Counted from the stretch's first letter, positions 25,211 to 36,090 are shown. The stretch: DNA of 64,000 bases from Daphnia carinata (GCF_022539665.2 NC_081331.1:8122001-8186000), one strand, 5' to 3'. Notes: generated by a model from the sequence alone, not told the origin. Numbers and translations: made by a program.

Positions 25211-26028
25211 TGTGGAGCGGCGTAAGTTGTGGTGTAGTATTCAGCAGCCTCTAGTATTGAGGAGCCTCTGTGTAGTAAAACGGGGCAGCATAAGTTGTGG
25301 TGTAGTAGGTAGGTTCCACGTAGTACGAAGTAGCAGCCGTGGTGTAGTAACTTGGGGCAGCGTAAGACTTCGGGGCTTCAGTGTAGTATGTCGGCTCGGC
25401 GTGGTACGACGGGGCAGCTGCCGTGTAGTAAGTTGGAGCTACATAAGATTTGGCTGCTTCTGTTGTGTGATAGGCAACTGCAGTGGTGGTCTAGCTGGGC
25501 GCAGCATAATATGTAGGGGGAGCTTCAGTATAGTAGCTCGGTGTGGCGTATGTCGTTGTGTAGTACGTCGGCGCAGCATACGTAGTTGTGTAATAAGAGG
25601 CTGTAGTGTAGTATTCCGGCGATTTGGTCGTATAGTATTGCGGAGGCTTGGTGTAGTAGCTGGAGGCAGCATATGTTGGTGTATAATACTCGGTCTTCTT
25701 TGTTGTGTAGTATTCGGGAGCCTTGGTGGTGTAGTAAGCTGGAGCAGCATAGGTTGTGGTGTAGTAAGGCGCTGAATTGGTGCAGTATGCAGAAGAAGAC
25801 GAACCCATTGGTCCACCCATGGCCTGTCCAGCCATCACAGAGACAACGGCCAACAGCGGCATCGCGCCGTAGTTAGCTGAAATTAAGATAATATACACAC
25901 ATAAATCTCTTGCCCCAATTGAGCACAGCGAAAACACACACCAATTTATTACAATTGATTGAAACTAAAATTGATCACAGGTTTAATTCCTACGACTATA
26001 TAGTAAAATTCAACATTAAATTACCCAT
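25211..26028 (-). pseudogene. Secreted Tyr/Thr/Ala/Pro-rich repeat protein (YYTTKAPEYYTTTYAAP family), disrupted
   Basis: Micro-exon ATGG (26028-26025), then an intron, then an exon from 25876 with a signal peptide (ANYGAMPLLAVVSVMAGQAMG) and repeats. Premature TAG at 25491; 3' end truncated against the TDRD12-like fragment. Confidence 0.75.
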
Positions 26029-26219
26029 AATTACAAAGTTGGAAAACACGATGTGAATAACCGATGGGAATTGTAGTACTGCTCTTGCTCAGTCGAAATG
26101 GTTTACTACACTGAATCAAATTATGTTTGTCCTCTCACTTTACTGCGTCCAAAGTCACCCTGTTTCGATTGACTAGCCCTGCGGGTTACGACACGCGCAC
26201 CTGACAGGTAGTGACGTAA

Positions 26220-27190
26220 TAGCCAATATTCTTAGCGGTACTGGACACTCTACGGATAGCCACCTGCCGACGTCAGGCATCATCCCACTGCTCTACCTCC
26301 GCAACTTGGTTGACCCGCTCTACCCAATCTGCTCCACTTTCGTGGGATCTTCCTTCAAATACCGGTATCGTAGCTACAGCGGCCGAAGAGGGTCGGTTGT
26401 TTCCGTGTACCAGGGCCTGTAAATGGTGTTCACCTTGCTCTGCTGCCAGTTGCCTCAGGGCTGCGTTTTCTACTACCTGGTCGCGCAATGCCGCCATTAA
26501 CTCGTTGTGTTGCTGTTGCTGTGGCTGCTGAGCACGCTCTTGGGCAATGCCGGCTGTAAACTGGGCCAGAGCGGCAGTCAGTGCAGGATCCATGGCTGCA
26601 GTTGGCTTCTGTGGCTCTACTTCTGATTTTGGCTTTTCCTCGACCGGCGATAGATTAAATACAATGCTTCCCCTCGGGGACGCTACGCTAGGTGCTACAA
26701 GCCTGACCCTAGACACCTGCGTTTCCTTGGATGGTGAGCTCCCAGATGGCCCGGAACCACGTGTCCTAATGTGGTAGCAAGGACGGTCGAAACGCTCTAC
26801 CAACTCTTTCTTCGGAGGCATGCGACACTCCCGAGAAAAAAAAAACAAAAAACCACGCACAAACACACAAACAAACAAAAAAATAAACAAAGCAAAAACA
26901 AAAAAAGGAAACAAAGCTAAATGATTACTAGCTGCTAATTATCCACCACGGAACATACCATCACCTAACCCACCAAATGACTCCACGCTTAACAATAGGA
27001 AAACGCAATGAAAGCAGAATTCAAAATTTACGCAACGGAGAACGGCCAATAACCAGGGTACGAGCACCAACCTAAAAAACGTACAAGAAATGGGAAGATT
27101 AATCAGCGGGGAGTTAAGATGTCGAGGATATAACTAGATATTGCCGCGTGTCCAACACCTTCCTCAGCCGCACCATGTCTGTCACAATTT
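26220..27190 (-). mobile_element. 5' part of a second Ty3/Gypsy element: putative LTR end and PBS, leader and truncated gag
   Basis: Gag-like ORF from ATG 26821 (MPPKKELVERF...IPVFEGRSHESGADWVERVNQVAEVEQWDDA, stop, RRQVAI). The minus strand at about 27187-27158 reads ...TGTGACA gaca TGGTGCGGCTGAGG, resembling an LTR end followed by a PBS. Confidence 0.65.
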
Positions 27191-29037
27191 GCCGGCCGTT
27201 GTCGCGTGGTTTCCGAATGGCGGCGCGGATACACTTACCCTCATACAAATTACACAGCAAGAAAATATCTTCTGGGCGTAAGCTATTGCTGAACAAACGT
27301 GCGAAAGTGAAAATCAGACTTGCTCATCAGCGTTCATAAGGTTAAACTTCAAATTGATGCTGGAAGTAGTTTAACAAGGTCCAGGTTGAAACTCAACTAG
27401 AAGAAAATGGATTCTACCGGGCGAGCACGAGGCCGTTCCCGTGGAAGGGGACGTGGAGAGGAAGGATTGGATACCTTGACAAGAAGACCCGATTTGGCGC
27501 AGCAGCATGGAATTGCCCCCTATACTACACAACCACCACATGCAAGTGGACGATCCAGGGGAGGCATGCATCAAGAACCAGAAGGACGAGGACCTGCACT
27601 TTCATCCTCACACTCGGGAACTGGATCAGGGAGCCGGACAACCAGCGGCCCATCCAGTCGCGATACGCCGCAAGAACCATCATATACTGGACCAGCGCCT
27701 GGCAGAGCCTCGTCGGCCCTTCGTGGTGGGCCGGCCAGGCCTCATGCTGTTTCGTCAACCCGTGCTCCTCCAGGTGCTATGGCCGGTGGAGATACCGCAG
27801 CCAGCATGGGTCGTGGAGCAAGCCGTGGACGTGAGCAAAGGGATGTCCAGATTTATACTCGTCCTTCGGCGGAATTTATCAAACTGGGAAAAATCGGTAG
27901 CCCTATTCCCGTGACATCTAACTATTTTGAACTCATTAAGCGTCCTGATATGCACTTGTTGCAGTATCGTGTTGATTTCATTCCGGATGTAGACCACATC
28001 GGTGTTCGCAAGGCACTCATCCGAGTTCACGAAAGCGTCCTTGGAAAAAATCTTTTCGATGGAACTTTGTTATACAATGTTACTCGTCTTCCTCAGCCAT
28101 TGGAATTGTTTTCCAAGCGTGTCTCAGATGGATCAGATGTCAGAGTGAATTTCCGGCTAGTTGGAGAAATTCACAAGGAAGACGCCACCTACACTACGGT
28201 GATGAATATTATTTTACGTCGTTGCCTCGGCATGCTCAATTTAACCATGTGGAAACGGGACTATTATGATCCAGCAGCTCTTACTGAAATCCTCCAACAC
28301 TTCTTGAACGTTTGGCCTGGCTACTTGACCACCATCCGACATCATGAAGATGGATTTCTCCTCGGTGTCGAAATCATTCACAAAGTTTTGCGGAGAGACA
28401 CTGCCCTAGATGTCATGGATAGGATGCGTCAATCTGGGGGTGATATTCAGGCTTTGTGTAAAGCTGAACTTCTTGGGAAGGTTGTTATGACGCATTATAA
28501 CAAGAAAACATATCGAATCGACGATATTGACTTTACCAACTTTACCACTTTACCAGGAAAACGCAATGAAAGCAGAATTCAAAATTTACGCAACGGAGAA
28601 CGGTCAATAACCAGGGTACGAGACCAACCTAAAAAACGTACAAGAAATGAGAAGATTAATCAGCGGGGAGTTAAGATGTCGAGGATATAACTAGATATTG
28701 CCGCGTGTCCAACACCTTCCTCAGCCGCACCATGTCTGTCACAATTTGCCGGCCGTTGTCGCGTGGTTTCCGAATGGCGGCGCGGATACACTTACCTTCA
28801 TACAAATTACACAGCAAGAAAATATCTTCTGGGCGTAAGCTATTGCTGAACAAACGTGCGAAAGTGAAAATCAGAATTGCTCATCAGCGTTCATAAGGTT
28901 AAACTTCAAATTGATGCTGGAAGTAGTTTAACAAGGTCCAGGTTGAAACTCAACTAGAAGAAAATGGATTCTACCGGGCGAGCACGAGGCCGTTCCCGTG
29001 GAAGGGGACGTGGAGAGGAAGGATTGGATACCTTGAC
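26997..29037 (+). repeat. About 484-bp direct repeat (26997-27480 / 28555-29037): retroelement leader + piwi 5'UTR + first 25 codons
   Basis: The copies differ by 4 substitutions and a 1-bp indel. Period 1558 bp. Confidence 0.95.
27407..28538 (+). pseudogene. piwi: Intronless, 3'-truncated PIWI-clade Argonaute (aubergine/piwi-like): RG-rich N-terminus, N and L1 domains, start of PAZ. The ORF reads on into repeat sequence to 28690 (427 aa).
   Basis: GRARGRSRGRGRG and GRGASRGR motifs, plus TSNYFEL, QYRVDF, LFDGTLLY, RDYYDP, VWPGYLTTIRHHE, HKVLRRDTALD and VVMTHYNKKTYRIDDIDF. No introns over 1.13 kb, whereas neighbouring genes have short exons. Confidence 0.9.
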
Positions 29038-29038
29038 T

Positions 29039-29135
29039 ATCCATCATTGTGGGAAATACGCCTCCGAGCTCGTTATTATTTCCTTTTGTCTTAAATACCG
29101 TAAAGTCAGTCTTCCCACAAGGAAGATACTTTACA
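29039..29135 (+). repeat. 5' LTR remnant (last 97 bp only)
   Basis: Matches 47529-47625 with 1 mismatch and ends ...TTTACA. Confidence 0.93.
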
Positions 29136-29138
29136 TAA

Positions 29139-29149
29139 TGGTGGCAGCG
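29139..29149 (+). promoter_or_regulatory. Primer-binding site, tRNA-Leu-like
   Basis: TGGTGGCAGCG 3 nt after the LTR end, complementary to the ...CGCUGCCACCA 3' end of tRNA-Leu. Confidence 0.75.
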
Positions 29150-29169
29150 TTTTTCAGAGCTCTACCACA

Positions 29170-31966
29170 ATGATGGACGATGTTATGTCAGGTGGGCATA
29201 AACTTTCTCGTACACCTTTGAACACCCCGCTTATTCCTGTAACACCCGTAGTGCAAATCAATGACGAAACGATAGCTAAGTTCATTAGTTTCGAAAAATT
29301 GTCAGCTTCTTCCACGACCGTTCCGCATACATTGCAAGGCTGTCAGCCGTCAGAAAAAGGAACAGTAGATGTTAAGCAGTCGGCTTTTCCCATTTTAACT
29401 CCCAAAGTGCAGACAGATAACACCCAGTTGAAGAAATTGAGGTCTAACACGGCGTATGAGGCCGTATCTCCATTAGTTAAGCCTACCGCTAGGAGAATTT
29501 GGCCTGGTAGCAAAGCTTCCGTTACACCTACTCAAACCGCTCCATCTGTTTATGCAAGGTTAGCTTCTCGTTTTTCCCCCATAAAATCACCTGTGGGAAA
29601 CACATCAAAGACTAGTTTTCTCTCGAGCACTCTTTTAAGCTTTTTCCAAAAGAAAAGCCCAGTGAATGGACGGTCAACCCAAAGTGAGTCTCCATCACCT
29701 ATACCACGAGATCACGACCAACCAATCGAGAATATTCCCGGCACCAACGAGTCAGTTACCGTCCCTACTACTGACGCTCAGGTACCTCAAGGAGAGGGAA
29801 TTGGATTTCCAGTCAACCAATCCATTAATTTGGGAACAACTACGATCGTTGATGCAAACAATCCGGCTGCGGTACCAATACCAAGCCAACGTGACAACGG
29901 ATTTGAAAAACCCGAAGACACTCCTGAAAGCCTTGGGAGCAGTCCTTGAAACGATAGCAATTGGACAAACCAGGACAACGGCACAGGTTGCGGAGAACCA
30001 AGTGGCCGCGCTGACAGCAATCTTCACAACCTATGCGAGGGAGTTTACGATTTACCTACTAGGACAGACTTACAACATCGTCGAGTTACTGACATACACG
30101 CCGGCGAAGGACAAGGACCTGTTCAACTTTGTCCCCCAGGAAAGCTTGCTCAACAACCTCGAGGACAGGACATATTCCCTACTCGCAATCGAGATAGCGC
30201 AGTTCTCAACCTACCTAAAGGACACCCTGCGGGAGTACCAGCTGAAGTTCCTCAAGGACATCCTCCACCTGGTCCCTTACCTAAGAAAAGTTCAGCCCAT
30301 AAGCAGTTTGGAGGGATTATTGCCGGAACTGACATCGCTTCAGACCAAATTAAACAACTTCCAGACATCGGTGCAACCGGACGGGCAGCGAATAACGAAG
30401 GAAATCAGGGAAACACTCATTCCGGCTACCAACGAATTGAGACAGTTGCTATCATACATTCCGAGGACCCAGGAAGAACAGCAAACCACGCCGAGTCCGC
30501 AGGAATCGCCGCTGTCGGAACGCATTCCGAAGAGAAGGCGAGCACGCCAAAGAAACCGGCCTTCCAACCAGTCACGCACTCAACACCCTCCTCAAGCCCA
30601 GCAATCCAATCAGCAGGAAGATCTGATAGCGCAACTGAGGCGATTACGAACAGCATTTCAGGACACCCTCAGAATTCACGGCGAAAGACGTCGAATCCTC
30701 TCATATTCGATCCCGACATGGCCAAATCTTGTTCTCCTTCACGGGCTGCCACAGTCAACGACTTAAATGATTTTCAGACAAACCAACACACTTTTTCGCG
30801 CCTACAATTGCTTCCTTCCTTTTCGGGAAGTCCAATTTCTCGTTTTGACTCTTGGCTAGAATCTTTTGAAAGCATAGTTGATGGGGCAGCATGGTCAGAA
30901 GAAAAGATTATTCAGATGCTGCGAGCTAAAATAACAGATAAGGCTTTTTCAGTACTTCAAAACATTATCAGGCAGCATCCGCATGATTATGCGTCTATTA
31001 AAGAAGCGTTACTTGATCACTTTCATGGGGATGAAAACGTCGATGTCTATATAAAAAAATTCAATAAGGCTAAACGCAAACCAGGCGAAAAAATTCGTCG
31101 ACTATGCGCATCGCTTGCACGAGATTTTTAAGAAGGCGTATCCAGCGGGTTATGCAGAGAAATCGTTCACGATAATCCTTATGCAAAAATTTATCGAGGG
31201 GTTGGATTCCAAATTACAGGCCAAAGTACGTTATAAAGAATTTCGCGATTTTACCGAGCTTGTAGCATCAACGCGTATTTATGCCGTTCGTTTGGAAGCT
31301 TTAGAGACAGATCGGGAAAAACATGAGTTTGTTAGAGCAATCGATGGATCGTGTGACACAAAACATTCAGATTTGACGGAACTCAAGCAAATGTTAATCG
31401 ACCAGAAGGAAATAGTCAATAATGTCGTTGCTAATATTAGTCAAGGGAATAAAAATGCGGAGAGCCCGAAAGAAAACAGGGAAGACATTAGGGATGTTCT
31501 TCAGGAACTCACGCAAGCAGTCAAACAGCTCCAAAGGGACAAGAAAGATTATTCTTCTTCTCCAACAGGCAACCCTTATAAGAAACAAGTTTCGTTCCAA
31601 ACCAATAGCGGCAATCAAGACAGAAATTGGAGACCTCCTCCTCATCGACCCAATAATAACACCAATTCTTACCAAAATCCGGGATTCTCTAATAGACCTA
31701 CACAGTCCACGTCCTCGTTTTCCAGACCTTTTATTGATTCGAGAAATCGGCCTACTCAAAATGGAATAACTTGCAATTTCTGCGGTTTTCGTGGGCATAC
31801 ACAATCGGAATGCCGTAAATTCCAACGGCATAATTTAGAACAAGCACAGCCTCCAATTTGTTATTCTTGTCGTGAAATCGGACACAAATCGAATAACTGT
31901 CCTAAGTTCAGGAGCTCCGATAGGCCGAATATTCCAGCTCCCCCTCAGCGTCAGGGAAACCAATAG
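29170..31966 (+). pseudogene. gag: Long Gag: disordered N-terminus, capsid-like core, two CCHC zinc knuckles; one nonsense codon and one frameshift
   Basis: Frame 1 is open from 29170 to 31131 except TGA at 29947-29949. A one-base insertion near 31095 (GEKI / VDYAHRLHEIF) shifts into the 31115-31966 ORF. Motifs LPSFSGSPISRFDSWLESFE, QKFIEGL, CNFCGFRGHTQSEC and CYSCREIGHKSNNC. Confidence 0.85.
29666..30766 (+). CDS. Overprinted 366-aa ORF in the +1 frame of gag; amphipathic-helical-looking protein of unknown function
   Basis: Intact ATG-to-stop ORF lying entirely within the gag reading region. The start Met and three peptide blocks are conserved in the diverged relative at 1685-3130. Confidence 0.7.
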   Translation: MDGQPKVSLHHLYHEITTNQSRIFPAPTSQLPSLLLTLRYLKERELDFQSTNPLIWEQLRSLMQTIRLRYQYQANVTTDLKNPKTLLKALGAVLETIAIGQTRTTAQVAENQVAALTAIFTTYAREFTIYLLGQTYNIVELLTYTPAKDKDLFNFVPQESLLNNLEDRTYSLLAIEIAQFSTYLKDTLREYQLKFLKDILHLVPYLRKVQPISSLEGLLPELTSLQTKLNNFQTSVQPDGQRITKEIRETLIPATNELRQLLSYIPRTQEEQQTTPSPQESPLSERIPKRRRARQRNRPSNQSRTQHPPQAQQSNQQEDLIAQLRRLRTAFQDTLRIHGERRRILSYSIPTWPNLVLLHGLPQSTT

Positions 31967-31996
31967 ATATCAACTGTAACTTCGGGTCAGTTGATA
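31954..31996 (+). promoter_or_regulatory. -1 programmed ribosomal frameshift signal (gag-pol)
   Basis: Slippery G GGA AAC (31954-31960) in the gag frame, a 7-nt spacer, then a 9-bp stem TATCAACTG/CAGTTGATA (31968-31996). The -1 frame is open into the protease. Confidence 0.85.
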
Positions 31997-33898
31997 GGGA
32001 GCCTCAGTTAAAATCCCGACAAGTCGCAAAATTAACAACTATAACAAATGAATCGACCCCTAGAATTCCATTAAAAATTTTTCAGATACCGTTGCAAGCC
32101 TTATTTGATACAGGCGCGTCTAAAAGCATTATTCACGAGAGAATATTTCATAAGTTACCCCCGAGAGGTCAAGCGATCTGCAGTCAGCTTGATTTCGATT
32201 TGTATGATGTAGGGGAGAAAAAGTTACATACGCTGGGAAGAGTTACATTGCCCGTACGATACGGAGAGTCAGTTTTAAGACAAGAGTTTATTGTTACAAA
32301 TGGTGTTTCTGAAGACTGTATCCTTGGATGGGATGCAATCCAGAAGCACGGTTTTCGGCTTGACGGAGAAGCCAGGAGCATTTATTTAGCAAGGGATGAG
32401 CAGGGATCAGCCATCTCTAGGGTACCAGACATGGCAGTTACGACGGTCAAAAAGACGACGCTATTTCGTCAGACTTCGCTAGTAGTTGCAACGCAAATGA
32501 AAGGTTCATTTCCGTATGTCCCCCCTAATACCACATTTATGTTTACCCCAGCAGAGGATTTGCCGAACGGTATTTTTATTGAGGAATTCATTGGAAACGT
32601 ATCTAAAGATGGGAAATATCAAATTATGGTCGAGAATCATTCGTTAAATCAAGTCATACTTCCTAGGAACACTACATTAGGCGTAATTGAGATTATTCAT
32701 AACGTAATTGGGAAAATTGCTTTAAGTAAATTAGAGGAAAAGCCTACTATTAAAAGTGAGCCCGTTTTAATTTCAGAAGTCGACGCTGAATTTCAAGCTC
32801 CGCTCTCAAAACTATTAAATGACTTCCACGACTTGTTCGCAGCAAAAGATTCAGAATTAGGGAACACTAGTCTCATTAAACATACAATTGATACACAAGG
32901 AAGAGTCCCTATTCGACAACGCCCTTATCGAGTTTCAAATAATCAAAGAAAAATATTGGAAGATAAAGTACAGGAAATGTTGGATGCTAATGTGATCCAA
33001 TATTCACATTCGCCATGGGCTTCACCTGTGGTTTTAGTGGAAAAAAAGGGTGGAGAAGTAAGATTTTGCGTTGACTATAGGAAATTAAATAGTATTACAA
33101 AAAAGGATTCGTTTCCTATGCCGAGGATAGATGAAACATTGGACAAACTGTATGGGAAGAAATTTTTCACCACTCTTGATTTAGCTTCAGGTTATTGGCA
33201 AATTCAAGTTGATGAGCCGGCTATTGAAAAAACAACATTCGTAGTGGAAAATAACCTTTACGAATTTAAACGTATGGCATTTGGATTGTGCAATGCACCT
33301 GCGACATTTCAAAGACTAATGAATTATGTACTAAAAGACGTTTTGGGAAGTAAAGCGTTAGTTTACTTGGATGACGTAATCATCTTTTCAGACACTTTCG
33401 ACGATCACTTGAATGATATTCGGGAAATCTTTGAATTATTGAACAATGCCAATTTAAAATTAAAACTTAAAAAATGCCAGTTCATTAAAAGTTCAGTAAA
33501 TTATTTAGGCCATGTCATCTCGACTGATGGTGTTAAACCTGATCCGAGCAAAATTGAGAAAATAATTAATTATAAAAGACCCGCTTCGGTAGATGAAGTC
33601 AGATCATTTCTGGGTCTAGCTGGGTATTACAGACGATTTATTAAAAATTTTGGATCAATCGCCAAACCGTTAACCAGATTAACCCATAAAGAACTTAGCA
33701 GAAAACCTTTTAATTGGGGAAACGAGGAAAACATTGCTTTCGAAACCTTGCGTACATCTCTAGTGACTCCACCAGTACTGGCTTACCCCAATTTCAACGA
33801 GAAATTTTTCCTTTTCACCGATGCATGCGATTATGGCATTGGAGCGGTACTGTCCCAAATTCAAAATGGTCACGAGCACCCAATCGCGTATTCCAGTA
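31954..33898 (+). CDS. pol: Pol part 1: aspartic protease, reverse transcriptase, start of RNase H (interrupted by the CACTA element)
   Basis: ALFDTGAS, SPWASPVVLV, RFCVDYRKLN, LDLASGYWQI, FGLCNAPATFQR, YLDD and FTDACDYGIGAVLSQ. Confidence 0.95.
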
Positions 33899-34568
33899 CC
33901 CACATAGCACATCTCAGCCGTCGGATGTCCGATCCATGGCCGAATGTCCGTGTCTTCTATGGGCTGGCCCACGGATGTCCTTCGGCTAGTCTGGTTGGAT
34001 GTCCGATGGATGTGCAAAAATGATGTCCTAACAACATCCCTCGAGCAGACAAGAAGATCTTCAACAAATTTTTTTGAATATATTGAAAATAAAAATATTT
34101 TTAATAAATTTTTACTAAGTAGTTGCCTTTAACTCTAGAACCGTACATACCTTTTTTTGTTGTAGTGTGTAGGGAACACACAACCCTGAATGAAAGTGAC
34201 GGCATACAAACAGAATTATTTAAAAGATCCAATCTATTTTCGTCAACTTGTAATAAAAAAAAAAGGTGAGGCAGTACGAGGGGGACATAGCCAACTGTCG
34301 TTTGCTCATTATGGACGGAAACATCGAATTAACGACCATGGACTACATCCTTGACCTCTGCCGCTCTACCAGAGTTCCAGGTAAGACCCCAAACAAGTTT
34401 CTGGTAAAACTACTTTACATTTAAAAAAAAAGAGAAACATTACAGCTCACTCAACGATTTAAATTTAAGCAATGGACGGAGGTGACATTGTGGAACGGAA
34501 TGATGGATAAAGAGATTCCCAGTTGCAACTGTTTGTAGCCCAAATATTTGAGAGTGAGGCACACATTT

Positions 34569-35398
34569 TCAGATGTAAATCTGGCTGCCGTGTGATTGCA
34601 TCTGAACAACTAGATTGCTGTTGGCTTTCTTGCGTTCCACTGTCCTCTTGGCGTCCTATTTAGAATAGTTTGCTTGGTTTAGAATTATTTCATGGTGAAT
34701 TGCATGATGAGAACTTACGAAGTAGAAACTGGCTGTGGCAGCCATTCCGATGAACATGGCGATTACGGCAAACGCGTACGACCAAGAGAGGTAGTTGAAA
34801 TTTGGGTAGAGCATCCAGTCACGTCTCCAACATTGTCCACCAAAGACAGCCACCGACAGGAAGAGGCAAAAGGATTTCAAACCATTCATTAGTGCACAGG
34901 CAGACAGGATCTGCCACTGGTATCGGAATGTGAAGTTGAGCGGCCAACGAACAAGAAGCATTGTTGAGGCAATGTGGGCAGAGCAGGAAAATATCAAGGC
35001 CAGCGTCATAAAAGCCTGCACTGCCATCAGCCAACCTTTGGAGAGCAAATGAAAGAGTTGTGAAGTAGCCGGCAAAGGAAAGTGTGACTCTAAATTTACC
35101 TGGCAGCAACCATTCCCAAATCACAAAGTATGTCTTGCTGAAGACATAGTGGCAACCATCAACGAGGTCATCAAATTGGTAGTTTGGGTAACGGAATCTG
35201 CTAAAACAAAACTCCCAGAGACCCATGTTCTTGAACGGGCTGTATGTGTCTTGCCAAGAGACCAGCCAATGTGGACTGTAAACAAAGGGTAAATTGGCAT
35301 ATGAATGTTTGACAGAATTGGTTGGGATTACCTGGCAAATGACATAACCAACAGCATAAGTGATATAAAAGACAGAATGGATCCCAACATCAGTAAAC
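34569..35398 (-). CDS. pck: Claudin-family septate-junction protein (pickel/megatrachea-like): four intact exons inside the transposon; candidate first exon 35807-35726
   Basis: Exons 35398-35332, 35275-35100, 35035-34719 and 34655-34569 splice in frame at GT-AG sites: LLMLGSILSF...SPHWLVSW...NMGLWEFCF...GCH...LLPGWLMAVQAF...FGGQCWRRDWMLYPNFNYLSWSYAFAV...GSQIYI*. Claudin W-GLW-C-C signature and a terminal YI motif. Confidence 0.85.
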
Positions 35399-35926
35399 CT
35401 GTTAACGAAATAATTTCATTCACGTCATGTTGACAGTTACAGGCGCAAATCCCACTTGTCGTGTTTGTGAAAAACACATATAATACATGGTATTTAGAAA
35501 AATAATGGCCGCCTTTTTCCCCTATATATTAAATCAGCATTGTCAGATAACTTAAATGGCAGTGATATGTTCCAGCAGTTTATTAAATTTAAATTTACTT
35601 GAAATTACTATTTAATATGTAACGTAAAAACATCTACTTAAATTTCAACAGTGTTTTTATATAAGATAACTGTTTTATTAATAATAATTATTTGATAAGC
35701 AATTTTTTGAGAAGATACCATTTACCTGTGTTTAGGGAATGAACACCAAAAGCAAAAAAAATGGTAGTTCCGACTTCTTTCGAATGGGGATCTAGCGATT
35801 CAGGCATTCGTTTGGTAGCTGCCTTTGAGTCATGTGCTTTGTATGGTGTGGTTTGAATTTTTTGAAAATTAGCAGAACTTGGATTTTAAAGTGTGCATGA
35901 AAGACTTGCGAAACGTGTTCATCGCG

Positions 35927-36049
35927 CTGCCCAGCTGCCTTGCCGTACCCGCCCAGTTGGATTACCGAACCTGCCCAGTTGGCTTACCGGTCCTGCCCAG
36001 CTGCCTTGCCGTACCCGCCCAGTTGGCTTACCGGTCCTGCCCAGCTGCC
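35927..36049 (+). repeat. GC-rich, about 22-bp imperfect tandem repeat (GCCCAG core) in the CACTA leader
   Basis: Alternating CTGCCCAGCTGCCTTGCCGTACC and CGCCCAGTTGGCTTACCGGTC units. Confidence 0.8.
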
Positions 36050-36090
36050 TGGCTCTTCCAGCTCCCCTGCTGCCATCATTCTGTGGATAA

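Noticed and set aside
25212..25775. Val/Arg/Cys-rich 187-aa ORF, and similar ORFs at 49267-49707 and 51637-52112
   Set aside because: Antisense shadows of the Tyr/Thr repeat genes.
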